Part shown: positions 1-7,319 of the stretch, one piece after another
Position numbering within the stretch: the first letter of the stretch is position 1
How the letters are laid out: each line of letters opens with the position of its first letter
Source of the DNA: Paraspadella gotoi
Taxonomy: Eukaryota; Animalia; Chaetognatha
Direction: 5' to 3'
DNA: 8,962 nucleotides
NCBI GenBank assembly: GCA_051294375.1
Contig: JBJCIZ010000050.1
Span: 1-8,962, forward strand
Program-made: the position numbers and the translations under genes
Notes under the pieces: model-generated
Told to the model about the DNA's origin: nothing
Databases searched by the model: none
The model's input: only the letters and a program-made list of their open reading frames with translations

Positions 1-52
1 TATTAAAATGCATTTGAAGTTGACTGGTTTGACCCCTTCGAAACTTACTCAC

Positions 53-141
53 CGTAGACCAGCTTGTTCTTCAATAATAAAGAACCATACTTCATTTTGA
101 CTTTATATATAAAAAGTCCATGGTTTTCTCTCTCCATTGAT
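53..141 (-). CDS. Candidate internal exon of an unidentified gene (SMERENHGLFIYKVKMKYGSLLLKNKLVY)
   Basis: On the minus strand a T-rich acceptor (TTTTTTTTAG, AG at 143-142) and a consensus donor (G|GTGAGT, GT at 52-51) bound 89 nt that are open in only one frame. No protein family recognised. Confidence 0.25.
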
Positions 142-522
142 CTAAAAAAAAGGTAAAAAATTTTCAAGCTTGATTGCTTGTTTTGGGAATCAAATGAACT
201 CCTTTTTTAGCTCAATTTCCCAACGTCATGCCCACAAAGAATGTCCATTTTGAATACATGGTTAGAAAGTACAGTGTCTCTACTTTCATTTTTAGGTGGA
301 GCGCGAGGCTAATATTCTAAACGTTAAAATAAATCCGAAGAAAACAAAGGGCTTTTGCTTCGATTAACATTTTATATTGGACCCAAACGCGCATAATTGA
401 CTCTATCGCGAATCAAAATCCGAAAGCCATGGCCTTGCGACGAGCAACCGCGGCTTCAGGAAGAGGATTTTTGTGGCTCGTTTTTTATGAAATATCTTTC
501 CCGCTGAACTTTTTTAAATTAT

Positions 523-618
523 ATTATATTATAAATTATATTATATATTATATCATATATTATATTATAAATTATATTATTTATTATATTTTATATTATA
601 TTAATAATTATATTATAA
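523..618. repeat. AT-rich minisatellite, 8 x 12 bp (consensus ATTATATTATAW)
   Basis: Units read directly: attatattataa, attatattatat, attatatcatat, attatattataa, attatattattt, attatattttat, attatattaata, attatattataa. Explains the IIYY/IINY run in ORF 429..665. Confidence 0.9.
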
Positions 619-825
619 TCTCTCTTTGTTATACGAGCGTTCTGGTCGAGAGCCATGGCTTCTGAGTATGTTCTTTTGTTGTCGAAGCAACAAAGGACTA
701 AGAACGCGACATTCAACGGACCAATGGCGCATTTAAAAACGACTTTTTATTTTATTTTTTAATTTTTTAAATTTTTAAATTTTGTTTTCCTATCGTTTTT
801 CCTCGATCATCTTTTTCTTTTTCTT

Positions 826-1170
826 TTCGACCTGGGGGACCACGCCCTGCACTGCCGCGACGACCACGGGGTCCAGGGGGGCCGACATGACCGGATTCGG
901 GACAAAATCCACTCAGAGGCGCAACTCGCCTGCCTCAACCCGAAGAAGAAAGCTCCTGGTCTCGTCCCTGGATCCCTTTCTCGACCCGCCGATATCTTCA
1001 TCCTTAATTGGATAGACGGCCGGAAAATAGCCTTCGATGTATCCGTCGTCTCCCCTGTCCAGGAGTCCATAATCCTCCAAGCCGCCATGGCTCCCGCCGC
1101 CGCCAAAATGCGCGGCCATTTCGCCAACTGCCAGGCCCAAGGAATACACTTTCAGCCAATTTTTGTTTGA
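826..1170 (+). pseudogene. C-terminal fragment of an RLE-type non-LTR retrotransposon ORF (CRE-clade-like): end of CCHC zinc knuckle plus restriction-like endonuclease
   Basis: Frame +1 (not in the ORF track) reads FDLGDHALHCRDDHGVQGGRHDRIRDKIHSEAQLACLNPKKKAPGLVPGSLSRPADIFILNWIDGRKIAFDVSVVSPVQESIILQAAMAPAAAKMRGHFANCQAQGIHFQPIFV*. It has the ordered motifs GDHALxC, RHD, RPAD, W..G...FDVSVVSP and C...GIxFxP typical of CRE/Cnl1-like RLE domains. No RT domain; truncated before the expected ETxG motif. Confidence 0.85.
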
Positions 1171-1205
1171 GCTTGTACTCTAAATTTTTGAGTGCGGCTA
1201 CCCCT

Positions 1206-1334
1206 AACAATGAGAGGCTGAAAGTGTATTCCTTGGGCCTGGCAGTTGGCGAAATGGCCGCGCATTTTGGCGGATTTCCGCATCTCAATGGCGGCGGCGG
1301 GAGCCATGGCGGCTTGAAAGTTGAAGGATTATGG
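1206..1334 (-). pseudogene. Inverted partial duplicate of the same RLE fragment
   Basis: 1216-1273 is the exact reverse complement of 1100-1157 (58 bp), and homology extends to 1334/1067. The minus strand reads AAMAPAAAIEMRKSAKMRGHFANCQAQGIHFQPLIV, keeping 21 nt (IEMRKSA) absent from the + copy, and carries a 7-nt near-duplication (ccttcaa/ctttcaa). Confidence 0.85.
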
Positions 1335-1339
1335 GGCGA

Positions 1340-1404
1340 TCCCGGAGTTGAATACGCTTTGGAGGCTTATGGGAAAACGAAGAGAAAGAAGAGGAAAAAA
1401 TAAA
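1340..1404 (+). repeat. Dispersed repeat segment shared (inverted) with 2310-2358; probable 3' terminus of the CRE-like element
   Basis: The reverse complement of 1340-1388 aligns ungapped to 2310-2358 with 8 mismatches in 49 nt. It is followed by a purine-rich tail ending in AATAAA near 1400. The 3'-end polarity is inferred. Confidence 0.6.
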
Positions 1405-1614
1405 GTTCATTTCTTTACAGAAAAGAAAATTTAAAACCGTAACAACAATGATATTAAAAACGTTTTTAAGCTTCACGAGCTAAGGATTTCTTTTTATTTC
1501 TTTAAAAAATGTTTTTTAAATATTAGTAATTGTAATATTTCTTTTTCTGATTGCCTTTGATAGATATTTACAAAATAAGTTTTTATTTGTTATAACCACG
1601 ATCATTTAATAATT

Positions 1615-1655
1615 CGGATATGTTTTGGTTATTGTTTTTTGAACCTTCATCAGCC
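1615..1655 (-). ncRNA. Degenerate minimal type-I hammerhead ribozyme (PLE-type), probably inactive
   Basis: Minus strand: gg CTGATGA a GGTT caaaaaacaat AACC aAAAC at aTC cg, then a tail containing atcgtggttataacaa, similar to atcgttgtttaaacaa after the 5171-5831 copy. G12 is mutated to A, GUC to AUC, and helix I is mismatched. Confidence 0.65.
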
Positions 1656-1870
1656 AGTTTTAATAGTTTTAATAAATATTTGGATATTAACTTTGGGAGA
1701 TAGAAAGAAAGGCAATTTTAACCTTGATATCTCTCTCTCTCTCCGAGTTATTAAGTGATCAATTGATCATTGTAATCATAAATAAAAACTCTGTTATTTT
1801 GTAAATATTATTATTATATTTTTTATAAATTCATTAATATTTAAATATTATTTTTTGAAAAGTTAAATTA

Positions 1871-1890
1871 TTGTATGCTTAAGCCGAAAC
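1871..1890 (+). repeat. Fragment of the same hammerhead family (helix II loop, 3' strand and GAAAC)
   Basis: ttgtatgcttaagccgaaac versus ttgtatgactaaagccgaaac in the reconstituted 5171-5831 copy. No CTGATGA upstream and no GUC downstream. Confidence 0.45.
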
Positions 1891-1902
1891 TTAATTTTAA
1901 AT

Positions 1903-2156
1903 TTAACTCTAATTAACCCCTAACTTACCCCTAACCCAAACTTACCCCTAACCTAAACTTACCTCTACCCCTAACTTACCCTTACCCCTAACTTATCCTT
2001 ACCCCTAACTTACCCTTAACCTTAACTTACCCTTAACCCTAATTTACCCCTAAACCTAACCCTAACTTATTTTTAACCTTAATTTATTTTTCTAGTTAAC
2101 TAACTTATTTTTAATTTATTCTTAACCATAATTTATTGTAACCTTAATTTTTACCC
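1903..2156. repeat. Interstitial telomere-like array (CCCCTAACTTA / CCCTAA / CCTTAA variants)
   Basis: Repeated 5-6 nt modules (ccctaa, cctaaa, ctta, ccctta) build 11- and 17-nt units, best preserved at about 1914-2070 and decaying to T-rich versions (ttaaccttaatttattt) towards 2156. The G-rich strand is the minus strand. Confidence 0.85.
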
Positions 2157-2163
2157 AAATATA

Positions 2164-3020
2164 TATTGGTTGTACCAATTTCCTATAACAAAAATCAAAA
2201 ATATTTAAAAAAAATTATGACATCTGAATTCCTTTATTTTTTTTCCCGAAATGTTATCCTCTTCCGTTCCATTTCGTTCTTCTTTTTTCCGTTAATTCTT
2301 TAAAAAAACCTTGCTCTTCGTTTTCCCATAGGCCTCCAGAGGGCATTGATCTCCAGGAATCCCGACTTTAGGGCTAAGAGCCCACGATGAAGCCACGGGC
2401 CTCAGGCACTAGGCTGGACTTGCGGGCGCTATGAACTGGGCCACAGACCCTCCCGTTATTGCGGTCTTGCGAAGTGGACGACGCTGTGGACTGACGCCAG
2501 CTTCCTGCTACTCCAAGTAAACTCTAACAGTAAAAAGGCCTTTTCACGTCCCTCCGTTCTCTGGGTCTTATCAAACGAGTGGAAGATTACGACGCGATGA
2601 TTATCTCGAAAGCGGCGGCGGCGGCGGCGTCCTTGAATGCTGCGCCCGCCGCGACTGGGTTTAGAAGCAAAGCCGATGTTCCCCGACGTCCGATCGCGGC
2701 CGTCACCGCAACGATGCAATGGGATATTACCTATTGCAGCAACAGAGATGAGGGCCAGAGCTCCGCTGGCGGCAATCGGCGGTGGGGGGCCTGGGGGCAT
2801 CGATTCGCGCGTCGACGAATTTCAGAGACTCGGCATCACGGACTCCTGTATTTACGGTGATCTTAATTGATTTTATTTCTACTCGAATTTTTTTTACGTC
2901 ATCTTTTATTCCATTCATAAAGTTAAGTTCGTTTTAATTAAGTTTGCTTCACATTTTGTTTACATTTATACCGAGTTTAAGCTGTGTCAAGGTTTACCTA
3001 TGAAATTGGTACAACCAATA
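2164..3020. mobile_element. Non-autonomous Tc1/mariner-type element (MITE), 857 bp, TA target duplication
   Basis: Perfect 21-nt inverted repeat TATATTGGTTGTACCAATTTC (2162-2182) / GAAATTGGTACAACCAATATA (3002-3022), read as a TA TSD plus 19-bp TIR (extends 3 more nt with 1 mismatch). The TATTGGTTG start resembles mariner TIRs. No transposase recognised inside. Confidence 0.75.
2310..2861 (-). pseudogene. Probable diverged 3' remnant (post-RLE C-terminus plus 3' UTR) of a CRE-like retrotransposon
   Basis: GC-rich island. The minus strand reads ITVNTGVRDAESLKFV (2861-2814) and, after a frameshift, LISVAAIGN (2752-2726), resembling the VETxGGW.xEA..FL and RLSVALQRGN motifs that follow the RLE core. 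Its distal end matches 1340-1388, which is joined to the clear RLE fragments. Confidence 0.45.
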
Positions 3021-3535
3021 TAAAAATTATCCATTCATTTAATAAATAAGCTATCTTGCCCCTGACTTTGGACAGGCTTTGGTGGTTTAAGGCCTCCATC
3101 ACTCTTACAAGATAATGACATAGCAGGTCCCTGCAAGTTTTCAATCAAGACTCTTTCACAGTCTCGTTTATTCACTCCCAGAGTACCTGGCTTCCCTATC
3201 AATGAAGTGGAAAATATTTCAAAGAATGTTTGCCAGGTTTTACTTAAGTCTTGTACTCTGTACTCTGTATTGAGTCTTGTTTTTAAAGTTTGTGTTCTGA
3301 GTCATTTAAGTTTGATTGAGTTTCACTTAAGTAGTTTAAAAAAGAAAAGAAAACCTAGTTTGACGCTGTAATAGGTTTTTTAATTGCAATCTGCATGTGA
3401 ATAATTATTTTGCATCGTAAGTATTCCTATATAATGCTTTATTGAATGATGTAATTAAATTTCAATACTTTGAGTATTTAAAAAATATTTTTTTATTCAA
3501 ATTGTTAAAAAAATATTAAAAAGATTCTTTATTTG

Positions 3536-3570
3536 GTGTCACTCACGAACGGACACGGGTAGTTTGCTGG
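3536..3570 (+). mobile_element. Possible Helitron-type 3' end
   Basis: Short stem GTGTC (3536-3540)/GACAC (3552-3556), then 10 nt and CTGG|T (CTRR-T). GTCY-like runs follow at 3573-3590 and near 3680. No 5' end identified. Confidence 0.2.
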
Positions 3571-3929
3571 TTGTCGGTCTGTCGGTCCACCCCCACAATC
3601 TTATGGGTTGTTCATATGGATCATGACAGATAAATTATGGAAATAAAATGTTTGGTCGTCTGTTAAACCATCCCTTCATCCGTCTGTCCATCATTCCCCC
3701 CTTCAAATTATTATTATTACTCGTGACTGGATGGATTGATTGAGATTAAATCTGGTATTTCAGAAAAGTGTGTGATTGAGCTGGATATGATGTTTCAATG
3801 CAATCCTACGAGCGGAAATATGTTTAAATGAAAAAAAACTAAAGTAACATTTACTAAATTTTTTTACTTATTTTCTAAAAATTATTCCAATTATTGATAA
3901 TTTGATATATGGTGGACTAAAATCCACCT

Positions 3930-4103
3930 ACCGTTCATCAGCGGCCATTGGTGCCGGAGGCAAGTCATTCGCCTCCCAACCCAAAGGTCCGGGGTTCTAG
4001 CCCGGTGGTTGTCTGGCAGTTAAAAGGGACGGGGCGCTTAATCCGCCTGTAACATGGTGTTACAGCCTGATCCGAAGCTCAGGGACTGCTTATATTGAAC
4101 GGT
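3930..4103 (+). mobile_element. tRNA-derived SINE-like element (tRNA-Gly-like head at 3941-4012 plus structured body)
   Basis: Acceptor-like stem gcggcca/tggttgt, A-box-like tggtgccggagg, tcgcct-ccc-aa resembling a Gly anticodon arm, T-arm ccggg-gttctag-cccgg with B-box-like GGTTCTAGCCC. The anticodon stem is broken, so it is not a functional tRNA. The GC-rich body ends near a T4 run at 4103-4106. Confidence 0.6.
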
Positions 4104-4141
4104 TTTGTCACTAACACATAACAATTATTACAGTCTCTTCA

Positions 4142-4283
4142 TTGGTGAGCCCGACTTCCGAACACAACAGCAACAACAACACTTTCAGGCGACATGCCTC
4201 AACCTGGCGATGCACTTTCCGCCCACAACATATCAGGCGACATGCCTCAACTTGGTGACGAACTTTACACCACTGTCTCTTCA
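4142..4283 (+). repeat. Tandem repeat, 48-bp period, about 2.5 copies
   Basis: tcaggcgacatgcctcaac is identical at 4185-4203 and 4233-4251; the flanking (t/c)tgg(t/c)ga...actt...cacaaca pattern recurs three times; short (CAA)n expansion in the first unit. Confidence 0.8.
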
Positions 4284-4606
4284 GATAGATGGATTGGGAT
4301 GAAATTTTGTGTGAGTAGGAAAGTGTGTGATTGAGCTGGTTAAACAATAAACATGTTTGATGGAATCGTGCAAGTGGAACAGGCTTAATATGTAAAAAAG
4401 TCACATTTACTATCTCTTTTTTAAAAAAAAATGAAAGGACATTTATTAATTCAAAAACCCCAAAAAAACCCAAAAAATAAGTCGAGTAAGAATTAAGAAT
4501 TATAAATTATGACTATTGATAGTAAAATATAATTAAAAAAAATTTTATTATTTATCATCTGATCTGATTTGCTGCTTACTGCTAAATTATCGCGGGCAAA
4601 TCCGAC

Positions 4607-4653
4607 GTTGTTTGCTCAAACTTGTTATTTGCTCAAACTTGTTGTTTGCTGAA
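4607..4653 (+). repeat. Tandem repeat, 17 bp x about 2.7 (GTTGTTTGCTCAAACTT)
   Basis: Units at 4607-4623, 4624-4640 (1 mismatch) and a partial unit at 4641-4653. Confidence 0.85.
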
Positions 4654-5170
4654 TTTCTATGTCACACATCCTGGAAGTTCAGATCATAAAAGAAAGGTAA
4701 AAAAAAGGCATATGAATTTGTTGCCAACTTGTCATGTGCGTGATCAATATTGATGCATGAATTGTTTAACAAGTTTTTTATTAAAATTATATGTATGGAT
4801 GAAATATCAATGGTGATCATTTTGTTCAAAATAATAATGCAGTTCAACAGCTTTATATTATCATGATTTGTTTTTACACATTTATTATTAGACATCGTTA
4901 TTTCCTTTCGTTTCGTTGTGTTCTAGATTGTTTAAACAACGATTTTATTATTATAATGTATGTATGTATCGTTTTTTTTAAATGTTCTCTCTCTCTCTCT
5001 CAATTTTCACCATTTAGTTTCTTTTCACAATCTAGCTCATTCTATCTTCACCTTAACCTGTCCTCACATCTGACCACTTTTCTTCTCTCAACTCTGTGTT
5101 GGAAACTTTGCCCCTCTCTCTCTCCATTTTCCTTTGCACAAACTCTTTTTAGAAATTCACAAATATCTTT

Positions 5171-5831
5171 GACGCCGATGAAGGCTTGTATGACTAAAGT
5201 AGGGAGAGACTAACTCTGTAAGGTGGTTAAGAAATTGAATTAAGCACCTGCTCAAACGAAAATTTAGACATTTTTAAAAAAGATTTGAATAGACAAATTT
5301 TTTTTATATTACTCCATACTCCATATATTAATTTTTTAATATTTATTTATAATAGAAGGCTAAAAATTTTTTTTTGGATTTTTTTATTTTTAAGATCAGA
5401 TTCAGGTAGCTTGCAAAAAGTTGTCTACACAAAGTATAATTCTTTTTTCGATATTTTGATCATAAGTATGTAAAAAATATGAAAAACTATTTATAATCAT
5501 CATCATAATCATTTTTTGATAATTTTATTACTTTTTCTTAATTTTGACAAGAAAACATAAATAATTTTTGAAAGTTGTAGTTAAATTTTTAATTTAACTT
5601 TTTATGCTCTATCAGAATCCATCAAAAAAGTTAAGATTGATTAAAAAAATTTTAATCATTATATAGTAATATTGTAATTTTAATAGCAACAATAAAAGCA
5701 TTAAAATTAAACTTTTTTAAAAAATTCTTTTTTTACCTAAAAGTAGACTTCAAGACTAAAGTTTTGAACCCCCGCCCCTATTGAAATTAATTTCATAGTG
5801 GATTTCTAACTAAAGCCGAAACATGTCCGTC
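5171..5831 (+). ncRNA. Split minimal hammerhead ribozyme (5' half 5171-5199, 3' half 5809-5831)
   Basis: Removing 5200-5815 gives GACG CcGATGA a GGCTT gtatgacta AAGCC GAAAC at GTC CGTC: 4-bp helix I, 5-bp helix II, palindromic ACATGT helix III and a GUC site. The core has a U4-to-C change. Confidence 0.8.
5200..5808. mobile_element. Unclassified 609-bp AT-rich insertion with 7-bp TSD (ACTAAAG), termini TAG...CTA
   Basis: ACTAAAG at 5193-5199 and 5809-5815, and its removal restores a hammerhead. The ends are only weakly inverted (tagggagagacta vs tagaaatccacta). No coding capacity recognised. Confidence 0.7.
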
Positions 5832-7114
5832 TTATAATAATAAAATCGTTGTTTAAACAATCTAAAATGTCTTCTAACATTTATTATTAAATTTAAGCAT
5901 GACGACATCAAATCTTTCAACCAACACTCAACGCTCGGTATACAGCGAATCAAATGATTTGAGCCTGGTCTGAAAAACGTGTTGCAAAATGTTAAGGTAA
6001 TAAAATACTTTAAATCAATGTTTATTTCTATTAAATCAAATGAAACTCTTTTTTTTAATTCTAAATTTCTTTTTTGACAATATTTAGGCGAATCCAATTG
6101 CGCTGATCTCAATTACAACAAAGGTTTACGCAAGAACAACTCTTAATCAATATTCAATGCTTATCTATATCTTTTCTTATTGGGAAATGTTTAATGAATT
6201 ATGCTTTTGTAAATGTGGCTTAAGCCCAATTGTTTTCTTTCAAAGAAATAGAAACTAGAACAATTTAACATTCACATGTTTCAAGTTTGTTAATTTGTTA
6301 GTTTGTGTAATTTGGGCAAGAGCAGAAGATCCAAGCTATATATACATTTTGCGGTCACTATTCAATTAAACCAACCTGAAAATAAATAAAAATTCCATGT
6401 AATGTGAAGTAAAAAAAATGTAAATTTGGGAAAAAAATTGACGTGTTTCGTATTGCAGGTTGCTTTAGAGTTAGGTTCGTCTAGCCCATCCATGAGTTTT
6501 ACCAGTTTGCGAACATTTGTTTTCAGACCTTTTTTCTAATCACAAGTCGTTTCTGCAAATCCGTTTTATTTGCCCTTTGCTTTACATCCTATTTGTAAAC
6601 TTGTAAGGACAACTTTCATCGATCGCCGCTTATACTTCACGATATCATTCCGTTTGGAATTTTTTTTTTTTTGGGGGAACTTGACAATTTAATTTTTTGA
6701 AAACAAACTTTTTTTAATTAATATAATTTTAAAAAAAAAGTTTGTCGTCGCCCTAATAAAGTTCGCTTGTCTGAAAATAGTCGTTATCCTGTTAAAAACA
6801 GAAGCAAGTAAAGACTTTGAAAAAAAAAATTACCCAAAATTACAGAGGTTGCTTGGTTTTTGTTTTTTTTTTTTTTTTTGCTAAATAAAAAAAAAATATT
6901 AACTCTTCTTTTTTTATTTTTTCTTAATCAAGAAAAAGTCAATCATGAAAGATTTTTATCTAGCTCCTTCGCGTCTTCTTTTTGAAAATCGCCTACAGAT
7001 CGTCTCGCTCATCTTGGGAAAAGTTTAAACGCGAGGAAAGGATCCGTAATTGGCCCTTTGGGGCATTCAAGACATATCCGCACCCACTTGCCACCTTACG
7101 CTGTGGCAGTACTA

Positions 7115-7319
7115 ACCTCTTCTCATTTGCCGTTTAGTTTCGATTTGTTCGGGTCTTCTTCTTGCCGTAGCAAGCGCCCATAGCTTCTCCCTTCTTCTTT
7201 TTAATAAAGACACGGCGCGACGACGCACGACGACGACGAGGACGATTCCAGTAACTGACGACCCCGCGCATTTTAATTCTCTTAAATTGGGCGGGGGGAA
7301 AATTTTTTTGGTTCCATCT
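7115..7319 (-). CDS. Candidate exon (coding or 5' UTR) of an unidentified gene
   Basis: Minus-strand acceptor TTTAG (7324-7320) and donor AG|GTTAGT (7114-7109) bound 205 nt inside a CpG-rich island (about 6960-7800). One frame is open throughout (ORF 7112..7327). No family recognised. Confidence 0.25.

Larger units (their letters stand above)
3730..4412 (+). repeat. Diverged direct repeat pair of about 125 bp (3730-3856 and 4288-4412)
   Basis: Colinear matches at offsets 555-558: gatggattg; an identical 20-mer aaagtgtgtgattgagctgg (3765-3784 / 4320-4339); aaagt(a/c)acatttacta (3841-3856 / 4397-4412). Confidence 0.8.
4891..5876 (+). mobile_element. Short non-coding Penelope-like (pLTR-derived) insertion with inverted 5' copy of its 3' end, hammerhead and 13-bp TSD; interrupted by a later insertion
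   Basis: Direct repeat ACATTTATTATTA at 4878-4890 and 5877-5889; perfect 33-bp inverted repeat 4924-4956 / 5832-5864; pyrimidine-rich body at about 4985-5170; hammerhead halves at 5171-5199 and 5809-5831. About 370 bp without the nested insert. Confidence 0.7.

Noticed and set aside
429-665. ORF with IIYY/IINY repeats
   Set aside because: Artefact of the 12-bp AT minisatellite.
782-1476. Six overlapping track ORFs, two sharing YSLGLAVGEMAAHFGG, suggesting paralogous small genes
   Set aside because: They are antisense or off-frame readings of the RLE fragment and its inverted duplicate; the meaningful frames are +1 (826-1170) and the matching minus frame.
2331-2500. HDV-like ribozyme (CTAA and GCGAA after small hairpins)
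   Set aside because: I could not assemble P1/P3/L3/P1.1 in the required order.
2637-2870. Possible decayed mariner transposase C-terminus (FPDV...GID) inside the MITE
   Set aside because: No YSPDLAPSD or ERW motif and the spacing is too short; the minus-strand CRE-like reading fits better.
3934-3942. CTGATGA on the minus strand as another hammerhead
   Set aside because: A hairpin follows, but there is no correctly placed GAAA or NUH segment.
3941-4012. Functional tRNA-Gly gene
   Set aside because: Anticodon stem does not pair, D-arm is irregular, T-loop is altered and the acceptor stem has three G-T pairs; treated as a SINE head or pseudogene.
4142-4283. CRISPR-like repeat-spacer pattern
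   Set aside because: Only two exact repeats, the intervening parts are also homologous, the context is eukaryotic and there are no cas genes.
4662-6112. Track ORFs 4662..4895, 4863..5213, 5285..5473 and 5810..6112
   Set aside because: Low-complexity F/I/L/K/N-rich translations of AT-rich DNA that cross or lie within element boundaries; no recognisable domains.
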